The notes below the pieces were generated by a model. The model saw only the letters and a program-made list of their open reading frames with translations, searched no databases and was not told the DNA's origin. Below, piece after piece: positions 1 to 18,719 of a stretch of 64,000 nt of DNA (the stretch's first letter is position 1; every line of letters starts with the position of its first letter). The DNA is from the human T2T-CHM13v2.0 reference genome, Homo sapiens. The position numbers and the translations under genes were made by a program. The DNA lies in the NCBI RefSeq assembly GCF_009914755.1, contig NC_060929.1. One strand, 5' to 3'.

Positions 1-525
1 AGAGGATGAAAAAATGAGCTGACCAGAGAAACATCTTAGTGTTGCCAGTATGAGACACAAACTTGATTTCATCAACTGCTTTCTTCCACCAAAACTTGCC
101 ACTGCCTCCAAACCACTATTTCACTATCACTATTACCAATGCCAAGCACTCTGAGCTAGCTACAGTCTAAGGTGAACACTTAGTTCAACTCTACACATAC
201 AACAGTTGATGCTGTTTCCATCTCCTCTTCTGGATTCGGATGAGATTATGTCCTGCAGTAGTAGGATCTGGCTTCCAGGGCATCAGCCAAGGAGCCAGGA
301 GACAGAGCCAAAAAGTTTGGAATAGTTCTCACCTGTGGAGTGAAGATTTTTTTTTTTTTTTTGGCCAATAGGAAATAAAAGACGGTATGGAGATAAGCAG
401 ATAAACCCCCTTCATTCTCCCTTTCATCTACTACCTTAAAGGAGACCTTTGTATTCTACTCAAGATGTAGTTTGAATTTAGAGCAAGGGCATGTCCATTT
501 TTACACATAAAAAATAGAAAGGATA

Positions 526-917
<392 letters not shown>

Positions 918-2831
918 TCAATCAAGGTCTCATCAATAGAAATATGTGACTGTGGACCCCGGTTAAACAGTCTCTGTAAAGCTTTTGCCTTCATATCTGA
1001 TGTTGGAATTTGAGAGCAGTCAATAGGAAAAGAAGCTGTATGCAAAATGTGGAGGGCAGGAAAACTGAAACTCATTAGGACAAATTAAAACCCAATTTGT
1101 TGAAGTGGGTGTTCTCAAGGAGAAGCTGACACTTTTTATCATGGAACTAAACACACACTTGACCCAGGAGTGAACAAGAAGGAAAGTCCAAGGGAAAGTA
1201 AAATTCTTGCATGCAACAAGTTGAACTAGCAGATAAACAAGAATACATGTGAGTTATAAAAGTTCCTGCCCCAACCTTCTGAGTGTCAAAAACAAAATGT
1301 GGGCAGGGCGGGGGGTAGTGGAGATAAGATGGCTGGCTAAATGTAGCCAGGTGGAACAGCTCCCACCAAGGAACTGAGATGACTGGTGTGCTCCTATCCG
1401 ATTTTCAGAGGGAAGGGACCAAGAGTGGATGGAGGGAGGACATGGAAATTGGGCTGAAGGGGGAGAAAGCTGAGAACCCTGCACAGGGCTTTGCACATCA
1501 GGACTCATTCCAGGCCCCAGATGGCTCCAGGGGAATGGGTGAGTTGAACTGGCAAGAAGCAAACCACCCTCAACACAGGCCTCTGGAACCCTGGCAGGAA
1601 GAGACCTCTCAACTACCACAGACACTAGAGGTGGCATGGAGAGCTGTTAGAAAAGTGATAGGGGCAGCAAGCCAGCTGGTGTGGAGCCCAGAGGGTTTGA
1701 TGTGGGAGACCCAGTAGTAGAGCATGGCCAGGGACAGCTATTGCCCTAGGCTCAATTTGCTCCCATAGGAGACTTTGATCCTAGCGGAACTGTTGGATCT
1801 GAACTCTGTAGGGTGGTCTTGCCTGTCAGACGGGACTGGTCTGACCTGAGCACCCCTTGGACTGCTGGCCTCTCCTGTGGCCCCAGTCTGGCCATGCATG
1901 CTTGTAGGGTAGTCTTAGGTGCCCTGGGGGCCTGCACTGTAGCTTCTGCACTGGCAGACTGCCTGATCAGTGGAGAGCACCAGTGGGGCAGCCCCTATGG
2001 CCACATACCAGACCACACCCTCGCTCTTCATACTGCAGCTTCCTTCAGGGCCATGGCAACCCCCAACATTACTTTGCTAATACATGTCTGCACAGGTGGG
2101 TTTTACTTTCCTTGCCCCATTAGTGCACAGGAAGGTACTCTGCCCCTCCCTGCCCCGGTTTACCACCATTGCACATGGAGCCTTGGCAGACAACGAGCCA
2201 GCCAGCTCCACCTCCACCAGCACCTCACCCTTGCACTAACACTGCACAAAGAACAGCATATCATCCCCCACCCTGAGCAACCACTCCTGCTTGTGGGACA
2301 CAAAGAAGGCACTCAGACCCGTACCCACCAGCACCCTACCTCTGAGCCAACACCACCTCCAACATGACCACGCATAGTCTCTAGGAGGGGCTCCTGCCAT
2401 CAGGAGCTCACTGCCTATGCCACTGTAGTGAACACCCACAGGGAGGCAGGCACCCCAGCACCTGGTAGCACTCTGCCACAGCTGCCACTACAAGGACAGA
2501 TCCTGCTATCACTACACTATGAAATGCTTTGGTTGATACTACCCATTGAAGGATAGTGAACAGTGGTCAGGGGGGACCTCAGCCCCTCCAGTACAGTGGA
2601 TTGCTAACCTCAAGGAGGGAGATAATGAAGTTGGGGCCCAGTACAAGTCCCTCTGAGTTAGAGCACACAGTTCAGAAGTTGGGAGCTGAGCGCTGGCCCC
2701 CTAAAATCTTCAAAAAATGAAGCCAGTTGGTTGAATCTACCTTATACCACAATTGAACCCTCAAATCCATCAAATAGGATAAAAGAAAAAACATCCAAAG
2801 GTCAGAAACCTCAAAAATTGAACCCACAAAC

Positions 2832-3899
2832 ATGAGAAAGAATCAACACAAGAATCATCACAATTCAAAAAGCCAGAGCACCTTCTTTCCTCCAAATGAC
2901 CACATCACCTCTCCAGCAAAGGCTCTGAACTGGGCTGAGATGGCTAAAATGACAGAAATAGAATTCAGAATATGGATAGAAACAAAAATCACTGAGCTAC
3001 AGGAATATGTTGAAACCCAATCCAAGGAAGCTAAAAGTCATGATAAAATCATTGCGCTACTGGAATATGTTGAAACCCAGTTCAAGGAAGCTAAAAATAA
3101 TGATAGAACAATGCAGGAGCTGACAGACAAAATAGTCAGTACAGAAAGGAATGTAACTGACCTGATAGAGCTGAAAAACACACTAGAAGAATTTCATAAT
3201 GCAATCACAAGTATTAATAGCAGAATAGTCCAAGTGGAGAAAAGAATCTCAGAGCTTGAACACCAGCTTGAAGATCGAAATAAGATAGTAGGACAAGAAT
3301 AGAAAAAAAGGAAGAAAAGAACTAACAAAACCTCTGAGAAATATGGGATTATGTAAAGAGACCAAATCTATAACTCACTGGTGTCCCTGAAGGAGATGGA
3401 GAGAATGGAACCAACTTGGAAAACATATTTCAGTATTATCATCCCTGAGAACTTCACCAACCTAGCTAGAGAGACCAACATTCAAATTCAGGAAATGGAG
3501 AGAACCCCAGTAAGCTGCTTCATGAGATTATCCCCAAGACACATAATCATCAGATTCTCCAAGGTCAAAATGAAAGAAAAAGTGTTCAAGGCAGGTAGAG
3601 AGAAAGGTCAGGTCACCTACAAAGGGAATCCCATCAGGCTAAGAATGGACCTCTCAGCAGAAACCCTACCTGCCAGAAGAGACTGGGGGCCAAGATTCAA
3701 CATTCTTAAAGAAAAGAAATTCCAACCCAGAATTTCATATCTGGCCAAGCTAAGCTTGCGAAGGAGAAATAAGATTATTTTCAGACAAGCAAATGCTGAG
3801 AGAATTCATTACCACTAGATCTACCTTACAAGAGCCCCTGCAGATAGCACCAAATATGGAAAGGAAAGGCCATTACCCGCCACTACAAAAACACACTGA
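2832..3899 (+). pseudogene. Disrupted L1 ORF1p
   Basis: ORF fragments 2832-3302 and 3381-3818 contain L1 ORF1 motifs (IQIQEM, PRHIIIRFSKV, GQVTYKG, DLSAETL). Confidence 0.85.
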
Positions 3900-3969
3900 A
3901 GTACACAGACCAGTGACACTATAAAACAACCACATAAACAAGTCTGCAAAATAATCAGCTAACATCATG

Positions 3970-6186
<2,217 letters not shown>

Positions 6187-6493
6187 CATATATATGATGG
6201 AATACTACAAAGCCATAAAAAGAAATGAATTAATAGCATTTGCAGTGACTTGGATGAGATTGGAGACTATTATTCTAAGTGAAGTAACTCAGGAATGGAA
6301 AACCAAACTTCTTATGTTCTCACTGATATGTGGGAGCTAAGCTATGAGGACACAAAGGCATAAGAATGATACAATGGACTTAGAGGACTTGGGGGAAAAA
6401 GAATAGGATGGGGGAGAGGGATGAAAGACTACAAATAAGGTGCAGTGTATACTGCTCGGGTGATGGATGCACCAAAATCTCACAAATCACCAT
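6187..6493 (+). mobile_element. L1PB1-type 3' end fragment
   Basis: TATATATGATGGAATACTAC..GGATGAGATTGGAGACTATTATTCTAAGTGAAGTAACTCAGG..GCTAAGCTATGAGG..CACCAAAATCTCACAAATCACCA. Confidence 0.85.
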
Positions 6494-9400
6494 TTTTAGC
6501 TGGGAACAGCTAAAAAATAAAAAATAAATAAACAAAAACATATAAAATACTCACTTAAAAAAATGCTTCACTTCCTTCATGGCCCACCTAAAAGGAAACC
6601 TACAGAAAGAATAATTCTGGGAAATGTAGTTCAGCTTAGTACAACACCATATTACCCTTAATCACTACTTTTAGAAAGGGATGGCTCCCTCTCAGACCGT
6701 TCCATAGCCACCAGTGTTGCCTTTGGCAAGCTTCCCAGGGTGCAGTCTGACTTGTAGTGCTGTTCCTCCATGGCTTCCATCCCACACACTGAGCCTATCC
6801 ATGCTAAGCCACTTTTCCTCTTCTGGCCTTAAGTGAAATGCCACACCCTAGAGCTTTCTAAACATCCACAAAAGGGCAAAAAATGCACCCCAAAAATCCA
6901 CGGGAAATAAGAAACAAGAAGGAACTTGATGTTAATTTCTTCTTCTGTTCTGCTTTCCACAAACTACACTCAGATGTAGGTCTTTAGTGTCCAACGATGA
7001 ACATGCTTGCTGAGTGACCTACTTGTCACTTGACAGCCCATCATGAAGCAGGTAGGCAGCAGAATAAGTCATTACGTTACATCATTTCATGTTTGTTCCT
7101 GCCTCGCCTCTCATTTTCCACATCCTCACCGTTTGGACTTGCTTGTCTCCATTAAGAGCAGCATATTAATCCTTGTCTCTGTGCTCTAGAAAGCCACCAG
7201 GCAATTCGAAGAACCATTTGGGGCTGCAGATGATAAATTTAGAGTGGAAAACTACTTTATTGCAGTGAATCCTAAGCTGCATCTTCTTGTTCAAGTATAA
7301 ACACAGAAAAAGAGACTTGTTTGCTTCATCTAAGGTTGGGGTTTTGTTGAAAGCATTAGTGTAAACAACATGTGGGCCACATCTTACACCTATTATCAGT
7401 GGCATTTTGGACAGATTTTTTTTTAATTTCATTCTTTCCAACTATTCTGTTAATAAAGTCAAGTTGATGGAGGAGAAATAGAAAGTCACTCTGGGGGAGC
7501 AACATGGATATAATAGGCCCATAGTAAAAAGAAGAAAGCAACATTGGAAAGTGTTCTAATGTTGCAAAGAAAGAGGGCTTTGAAAACTTTCTGCCTCATT
7601 GTTTCACCTGGGGTAAATTTGGATGTTGGCACATCCATTTTGTGGGCTTTTACTGTTTTAACACTTAAGTTACCTTCTAATTGTAAGCAGAATGCTTCTG
7701 GAAGACTTCTAAGGATTTTCAGATTCAAAAATGTCTTTGCAAAATATAATTGCTTCTGTGAGATCAAGAGGACATATGTCCAGACAGACAAGAAGAGAAA
7801 TAGTAAAAAGATCTTTCCCTGCATTTTAATTAAACCAACACTTATTGAGAATTTCTTATAGACCACATAAAATGGATGGCATTGAGTATATAAAAATGAA
7901 TTAGGACCTAATTTCAATATAACATTATGACAAGTGCTCTGAAAGAGGAAAACATTAAGGACTATGACAGGAAAAACATCTATTCCTGGGGCTTTGGAAA
8001 GGACTGCTGGAAGAAATGACAACTACCTGAGGTTTGGAGGATAATTAAGGGTTAGCCAGGCAAAGGAGGGAGAAGTGGTGTTTCAAAATGACCTGTAATG
8101 TGTGTTCATTATGCCACCTACTAAGTAGTTAAATAAGCTCCAAGAAAAAAAAGTCTTACACCTTATTCCTCAAACCTCACTTTTTTTACCTGTTTTACTT
8201 TTCAAAATAAAAGGGCCAAAGAGAACAATTCCTTCATTTGACTCCCGCAACACGTAAAGACACTGTCATAGAGCAAAAAATAACTAAACTTGAGGCTTTT
8301 TAAAACCTGAAGTGGATTTTAAATTTAGACAAACACATCTATGTTCTATTTGAGCCTGCTTTTCACAGATATGGAGGTTTTTTTCAATTACACTTATTAT
8401 AGCTCAAGGTACCTTAGTAGTTACGTCTGGAACTTCATGGGGTGATAGGAAAGATGGGGGCAAACAGAGAGTGACAAAGAGCAAATGATTTTTGCTTATT
8501 TACCTATCGAAAAAGGTTTTTCTTCAAGATTTCTAGTACATTATCAGCACTAAGTTCTTTTTTTTTCCTCAAAAGAACAAGGTCTCCTTCTGAGTCAAAC
8601 AATAACATCAGCCACACCATTGTTCAAGGCAGCAAAGCATTTCCCACAATGCAACTGGAAGTTTTACCCACCCCAGTACTTTGACATAGTTCACAACAGA
8701 AGAGACAAAGGAAGCCAGTTAGGCACCATCTTCCATTCATGAAAGCTGATTACTACAACAAGTTATACAAAACTTACTTGGTGAGATGTGTCTCTTGCCT
8801 ATAATTTTTTGCCCATTTTGACTTTCTTTTCATCTCTTCATTTGAGTCTTGAAGATGAACTATTGACAAACCACATTTTCATTCAATTTTCCAATATTTT
8901 CTCTAATTCCTCCCCAAACATTCACACAGGCAATTAAATGAATACTTTTAAACCTTTTAAAAATTATATCTGAACTGAAATAAAACATCTTAAACCATAG
9001 CAGGTTAAAACTTTAAGGCAAATCCTTGACCCAAGAAAGATTATTCTCATTTGTTTTCCAGAAGGTCTAAATGTTAGATCATTCCTCTTTCTGCTTCTTT
9101 CTCCTTATGTTTGATATATATTTCTAGTGAGACTTTGAAGCACCTAATCTAGAAAAGATGTTAATGGTTAGAGGATGCAGGCTACCCTTAGCAGGGCAAG
9201 AGGAGACAGAGTGTATGGACAGTAAATCTTCCCAGATCCCACACTTTCATGATCAAAAGGCAAGTAGGAGCTTCAGATTTCAGCAGGTTCCTACCAAACT
9301 TCTTTCACACCTCAACAGCAAACCTTCTTCACCATTACATTCATCAAATGCTTTATTGCTATTCCCATCAGTCACCAAAGAAACAAACAAATGCCCAGGC

Positions 9401-9867
9401 CATTCCTCCTTCTCCAGTACCCAAACCCCAGTAGAGCTTCTCTTTCGTTGTTCCATCTCTCCACACCACCAGGAACCTTCCACTGAACCTTCTGAAAAGA
9501 ATTGCCTGATACAAGTAATTACCACTGTACTTTATACTTCTTCCCTGAGTGTTCACTACAACTTTTCACAAAACCTCACTCTGCTCTACAAACACTGCCT
9601 ACCCTTCACCCTTTGAAATTGTGGCTGTTTTCTCTTCTTCAAAATTTATGTCACTGAGCTTGGAAGTAGGTAGGTATCCTTTTTGCTGCTGTTTTTTATC
9701 TTGAACCATTCTCTTCCTCTCCTCCCTAAAAAACACCAGATTATAACCCATTCTATTCAGATTAGCCACTGTCTTTCATTCATCTGATAACCTCAAAACA
9801 CTTCTCTTAGTACCTGAAGACTTTATCTTCCGCTCACTAGCACTCTCTGCATTACTACTTCTTACAT

Positions 9868-9970
9868 AACAATGGTCCCAATTTCACTTGTTGTCCTGTG
9901 GTAATTTTGACTAGGTCTACATTTCACTCTCAAAAGTATTCCAGTTCCAGTTAAGTTATGTATTCACCTT
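9868..9970. mobile_element. MER94-like hAT-Blackjack relic
   Basis: TTGTTGTCC..TAATT..TTTCACTCTCAAAAGT..TATGTATTCACCT resembles the remembered consensus. Confidence 0.55.
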
Positions 9971-10400
9971 GGTCATAATGACTCATCTTTGAAACAGACA
10001 AATAAATGATCCTTCCCATCTCTCACACTCTAATCCCTCATTTCTTCTCATCCAATGATACTGCCCTGAGCCTACCTTGGTTATTCATTGCCAAGGTACA
10101 CTGGGAACCACCCCCTAGATTTTTACCCTGTTACCAAACACTAAACTCCCTGCCCTCAAAATCTTAATTTCAATCTTCCCACTCTCTGACCATTCCTATC
10201 TTTTCAAGTCACACCTATTGTTACCCTAGCCATAGCAATCCTTTCTCCCTTGTTACCTATAATTCATCGCTTCTACCACCTTTTCCTTTTCCTTCATTCC
10301 TTCATGTCTCCATTTCTCCATACGTCACTTAAATTTCCCGATCAGTCATTAAAACCCCCCTTTTGCCTAGTTCCTCTTGCCCTTCATCTTATTCTCTTGG

Positions 10401-10780
10401 TGTATTAGTCTGTTCTCACATTGCTATAAGGAAATACCCTAAACTGGGCAATGTACAAAGGAGAAGTTTAATTGACTCGCAGTTCAGCAAGGCTGGGAAG
10501 GGCTCAGGAAACTTACAATCATAGTGGAAGGAGAAGGGGAAGCAAGACATCTTCTTCACAAGGTGGCAGGAAGGAGAAGTGGCAAGCAAAGTGGGAAGAG
10601 CCCTTTATAAAACCATCAGATCTCGTGAGAACTCACTCACTATCACAAGAACAGCATGCGGGAAACCACCCCCATGATTCAATTACCTCCACCTGGTCTC
10701 TCTCTTGATATGCAGGGATTATGGGGATTAGAATTCAAGATGAGAAGATTTGGGTGGGGACACAAAGCCTAACCATATCA
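10401..10780 (-). mobile_element. THE1D (ERVL-MaLR) solo LTR
   Basis: TGTATTAGTCTGTTCTCAC..GGGGACACAAAGCCTAACCATATCA; 5-bp TSD CTTGG/CTAGG. Confidence 0.9.
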
Positions 10781-13659
10781 CTAGGCTAAACCAAAACCTT
10801 AGTAACTAAGTTTATTTCTGTCTACTTCACCCTTGTACCCAAGTCATTGAATTAGAGTAGAAACAGAAAACATACACATACACACACACACACATCACTA
10901 TAACCATGCTGAATGTACTCACGTTAAACTTGTGATCATATCAAATGGGCCCATAATGCTGTGTGACAATTTTATTATACATACGCAGACCATTCATTCT
11001 TCCATTCACCTAGATGATTGCATTCACTCTCCCCTATACTCAATTTTGAAAATCTCCTCCCTTGTCCTCTTTCAGCTGATGAACTTGCTTCCTATTACAC
11101 CAAGAGAGGAGAATCAATCAAAAGTGAGCTTCCACAGACCCCTCCATCACAGTCTATCTGACCCCTGCATTTGAACACTACCTTCTTTTTCAACTGTAAA
11201 TGCTCCTGCAAAACATCAACTTTTTAATTTATCCACAAGACATATCCATTGTCAAGTAACATTAGGTCACATCCATTCTCTTAGGAAGGGAGAAGACAGA
11301 TGGAAGAAAAAATAGTGTTTTAAGAAATAGGAGGTAGGCCTAGAGAATGTGATATAAGGCACCTAAAGCATCCACTGCAGAAGTGATTCCAAGTCTATAT
11401 TCAGACACTAGATAAATACTACAAGAAATATCATGAGTTTGGTGTCTAACTGGATCTACTGGAGGTAAACTCCTGTCAAAAACATGTCTCATATAATCTG
11501 GCAGTCTGAACAGTAGACCACAGTGGCCATTTTATTGTTTGCTTTCTTCTAGGGTTCCCATGATCAATTAAGTACTACTAAAGAGTCATGTGGTTTGGAT
11601 TATTCAGTTTACCAGATTGATTTTGCTGTCATTATGGTAACGGGCCATCTTAGCTTTTAATAGTTGGCACTATTAAACTAACTGTTAGCTAAACTGCTTC
11701 TTGGCCTTTGCCATCCCCTAGGTATTCTCTTTCCATCAAAATTATGGAGGCCATTTAAATCACAGTACTTCCTACCAGCATTCCCATAGTAGAGAAAGCA
11801 GCCACCACCATGCTTTGCAAAGATGCCAGTGATCTCCTCACCTATATACAGTTACTTATCAAGGCTTTGATGGAGAAAACGTTGCAAGGTCAGTCAGTAT
11901 TGGGCAGGTGGTAAATTCACACCAGCAATTGTTTCTTCTGCAATATACCAAAGTAGAAGAACAAAATTCTAGATGATGTTATAAAACTAAACTATTAAAG
12001 TCATGTATCAATTTTATTTTCAAAAATAGAAGAATGCACTGTTAGTATGGATAGTATGGTTAATTATAACAAGTCAGGGAGGTCATTTTTAGTGGGTTAA
12101 TTTTTACAAAGTTGGTGAGCAAATTTAATGTACCCTGAGAGAGAAGTGAAGAAACATAATACTTTACAACAGACATTTTAAGCCAATGTGGTTTTCTATG
12201 ACAAATAGAAATTATTTATAAATTATTAAGTCAGGTCCTTAGAAAATAACTATTAAAACAAGTATACAAATATTATAGAAAAGTAATTTTGTTTTTCATA
12301 GCAAACAAGTATAGAAATTTTGCCTCATGATGACTAGTTAATAAGTGCAGATTAAACTTAGCTTTTATAATGATTGGTTTGTAAATAATCTCTCAATGCC
12401 CCCCCTTACCTGGAGAAATGGCTTTACATTCTCAAAAGCACTTGTGCCAGTAACTTTACTATTTTTTTATTAAGTACTCTTGAAGTGTGTGGTCAAAGCT
12501 TTTAACTGGAATTTTAACCATGGCTGAATAAAATTACCTGAGAATTTTAATATTTTACAAAAATTGATTTCTCATAACTTCCTTCCATGTGGGACACCAT
12601 TAAACCCAGTGTTGTGTCAACCAGCAAAGCAAATGGCCCCTTGAACTAGCTTTTGAATCAGAATTCTGCTATGTGTCCATCCACTGCTAAATTCAATCTG
12701 ATCTAAAATGCTGTTTCTCTCTTCTTGGATTTCAGAATTCATTCTTACATATTCCTTAGATTTTTGTTTATGTACATTACCAAAATTGTGCAATTCTTTT
12801 GCTTTGGTAGTCTTTAACATCTCCCCAGATTTGATTTTACAATTGGCCCTGTGGGTCCTGTTGAGATCTGACTCTACCTATGTGTCTGGTTGTTTGGAAG
12901 GAAATAGAAATAAGGGGAATTGGACTCATTTTGCAAGGTAACTCCCATAGACTAGGGAGGTATAATACCTTCAAGCAAGAGAGAATACCCCTCAGCAAAC
13001 AAGGGGAGAGGTGTGCTTAAGTGATCAATAAAGGCTCAGCGGGGGATAAGAGTCCTTCAATTACTCTAATTGATGCCCATCTAAATTGTTGAGGACTATT
13101 CTCACCTAATCAATACCTTGACATTCACGGAAGAGACATGATGAGGCTGTGGAGTCAAAGAACAATGTACTTCAGCAACATTCTGTATCACATTTTTAGT
13201 TTGATTTGGTTTAGAAACCTTAGCTGCATAAATACGATGTAAAATTCCTGTGCGCAGAGTTCTGGAAATCTGTTTTCTGTGTACCCCTTGGTGACAGTAT
13301 TTACGGATTGGAGTTTAATTATTTCCTCTTTTAAGTTGTGCAGCATTATTCAGAGCTATTCTGCATTCCTTGAATTGTACTTGCCTTTTACAGTGTGATA
13401 CGCCAACAGCAACATAGTCCCTTTAACCGTTGTCTTCAATAAGCACTTCACTCAAGATGATTATTGATAATAATTAAATTTTTTTGGCCACCACTAGCAG
13501 TAAACTTTCAGAGTATCATCACTGAATGTTAACGGGATTTTCATGACCTTTACCACATCAGGAGCAGATGAACAATTCCAGATTCTCCATATCCTCATTT
13601 TCCTGAAGGACTTTCACCTAAAGCCCCTTCCTTTGTGCCAAAATCTATTCAGCTAGTGT

Positions 13660-14010
13660 TCTTCATTGCATGAAGGAGAATAAACTCCAGCAAATTTAAA
13701 TAGAAAATGAACTTGTTATAAGGACTAAGGGTAGCCTATAGGATCAATGGGATATCTGGAAAATACAGGCTTAGATGGCAGACAGTGCCTATGGAGGGCA
13801 AGATGGTAGAACACAAACAAAACAACATAACAGAATAATCATAACAATGTCTCTGGCAGAGCCACCACTTAACACACCATCACAGTTGCTGGAACTTTGT
13901 GCTTCCTTTAATGACTCCTCAATTTTCCTTGAGTATTTGAATCCCTTAAGAGTCAAAGTCTTAGATGGGAGCATCTAATTAAATAAGCTTATATCCAGGT
14001 CTCCCTCTAA
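13660..14010 (-). mobile_element. Old MLT1 (MaLR) LTR fragment
   Basis: AAACTCCAGCAAATTTAAATAGAAAATGAACTTGTT..GGGTAGC..CAGGCTT resembles MLT1K/L antisense. Confidence 0.5.
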
Positions 14011-14089
14011 AACTCAAAGTGATTATCCTTTAAATGCAAAGATATATTTGAAAATTGACATGCCATGAAGAGCCAAATTTGGACTAACA

Positions 14090-16000
<1,911 letters not shown>

Positions 16001-17077
16001 AAAATTTATAAACAATTTACCTCTTGATTTAATGTTGAAGGATATAGCAAAATCTATTACTATAATCACACTATAGTCATCAAAAACATGATTTTAGACA
16101 TATAAAGAAATAGGCCACATATATAAGACTGTTTTTCCCAATGAAGTTGAGTGAACTTTTCCTTGACAACTGAGGGAAAGGTTCTCACATTAGTGTTTTA
16201 AATAAAGGATGTGATAACATTTATCACGTAACTGATAATGTCAGTAAAGACCATTTCCATTACGTCAAGCAGCTTAGACAAGTAGCACATCGCAATAATC
16301 TGTAAGTATCTTGCATGGGCTTAACCTACATTTAAGGGCTAAGAAAGGCATAAGTTTTAATAAGATAAGATGCCAGGATTTTTTTTTTTAATCAAGACCA
16401 AACATGCAATCAAATGGCTTTATCCCCAAGAGTTTGACTTCTCCCATTTGATTATTTTTTTCACTCACTGGAGAGAGAAATTCATGATGAATTTGGGGCC
16501 ATATTTTAAACCCACATTCAAATAATGACACAGAGAGTAATGAAATACATCATGGAGTTGAATGCAACCAAAGCTGAGAGTGGGTGTCCACTCAGTGGAT
16601 CTCCACAAAGAGATAGTCAACTTTCCAACTCTTGCCTATGATCCTATGAGACCATCTGAGAGAGCTCCAGAGGTAGTTTTAGAAAGAACACAATCTCATC
16701 ACTCCTGAGTCCGTGTTTGATCCAAATATTCATAACCATCTGCCATAACCATCGCACACTTGCTATCATCTCAATGGTCTATAAATTAAGGTTTTCTGAT
16801 TTCGAAATTTAAAAATAAACTAAGCTAAATGTGGAATGTGACCTAAAGCTTATGTCCGCCATCAGTACGGCCCAATAGCCATACTCTGATAAAAAGTTTA
16901 GAAGATATTATCCTTCTAAATCAGGGATTGGAAAATTAAAAACCAACTGCTAATGTTTAAAATGCAATTAGTTCCATTTATGACTTGTAATAATGATTTT
17001 TAACTAATCTAAAATTAGCGGTCCTTGTGTGGGCCAATCACAAGTGGTTGGTGAAAAATAAAAACAAATGCTGCTTG

Positions 17078-17235
17078 GATTGTGTGGCCTTGAGTAAGCT
17101 TATTTGTAAAATTGGGATATTTTCTGTATTTTCTTCCAGAGATCTATGTGATGAATAATAACTAAGATAAAGCATGAAAAGCTTTTAGGACAGATGCCTG
17201 GTATATAATAAGAGTTTGATAAGCAATAGATTATG
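17078..17235 (+). mobile_element. MIR fragment
   Basis: TGTGTGGCCTTGAGTAAG..TTTGTAAAATTGGGATA..CAGATGCCTGGTATATAATAAG. Confidence 0.6.
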
Positions 17236-18077
17236 AATAGCTTTCAAGTCCCTGCTCCCATTGGCAAGCATACCTTTAATGTGAAAACAGATGCTGGTGG
17301 CTATAGCCAGCAAATTTCCAATATCCCCAACCCATTGGTCAGACTACCCCAATGGTGAGAAGGATGCAATTAAACATTCAGTTCACCTAACTCCCCAGAT
17401 TCTTGTTCTATTCTCATCAGGAACCACTCTAACAATGATTTGGCTGCTCATGTCATCTATTTTCAGATAATCTCAGGCTCAATACAGAGTACAATAATGT
17501 ACTATTGTGTAATATTCATTTTTGCAACTGATTGTGAGTTCATGAAAGTGCATCCTCAAAGCTGAATCCACTCGTGGTGTTCCAGAAACAGCTTCTGAAG
17601 CCAAAGGCTGAGGGTCAGGCCCTGAAATTTGGTCCATTCACCAAGGTAATGAGAGATGCTCATGAAGGCCTCCTCAGAGAGCACCTGCAGCAACCTCCAC
17701 ACCATTACCTTGATATTGGCATTGTTACCTGGGTGCTAGCAAAGCCATTCTAGTTCAACAATTACACTCTGAGTTTTGGTGCTTAGTACACTTCAGATCC
17801 TCTGCTGGAGGCTAGAAATTTTTACTTAAGTATCAAAAAAGGGTTAGGTGATTGGGTGACAAGAGTCTTTTAGTAATCAAATCACATTACAAAGCAGCTA
17901 AAATAGAATTCTAACTGGAGAGAATGATTTTTTAATGGATTGGTAAAGAAGAAAATAAGTAGGGAGAAGGTGGCATTTTCCTCACATCAACATTATTAAT
18001 CCTGCTTTTGTCAGAAATACTTATTAAAACATCAGTAAATCTCCTTCTATCTAAGACTTTTAAAAAATGCACATTGT

Positions 18078-18420
<343 letters not shown>

Positions 18421-18719
18421 TTATTGGTTGGTTGTTGTCAATAGGAACCTCAGCTGTCTTTGGGGGATCATTCTAGACTGTGGGAAACTGCATTGTACTG
18501 ACTAATGAGCAATTTGTGGTAAAAGGTAGAAGACTCTTCCAGACTCAGAAATGTCCATTAATGCTTTAATATTTCTCCTTCAACCTCACTGCATTTGTTA
18601 GCCTTCTACCTAATGTACTTCTGAGTGGGTGGTGGAGAATTTCAGTCAGGTTTACATTATAAATGTGTTTCTGATTTTTTTCTTTTATCACGTATATTTT
18701 TTCCTTTTATACACAAGAC

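Larger units (their letters stand above)
9500..11250 (+). mobile_element. L2 relic interrupted by a MER94-like element and THE1D
   Basis: L2 ORF2-like CACTGAGCTTGGAAGTAGGTAGGTATCC..CCTCCCTAAAA; AACCATGCTGAATGTACTCAC resumes after THE1D; boundaries approximate. Confidence 0.7.

Noticed and set aside
1254-2439. Several 60-184 aa ORFs
   Set aside because: They lie in the GC-richer L1 5'UTR; chance ORFs with no recognisable domain.
6495-7160. Possible ancient ERVL-type LTR fragments (also 200-480 and 37250-38130)
   Set aside because: Only vague motif resemblance (e.g. TTCTGGGAAATGTAGTT); I cannot assign family or boundaries.
7486-8022. 178-aa and 105-aa overlapping ORFs
   Set aside because: Composition typical of AT-rich non-coding DNA; no homology I recognise; the 105-aa ORF starts at TTG.
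9158-9616. 152-aa ORF
   Set aside because: Runs into an L2 relic; no recognisable protein.
17530-17650. Possible exon ending CCAAG|GTAATG
   Set aside because: A donor-like motif alone, with no convincing acceptor or recognisable reading frame.
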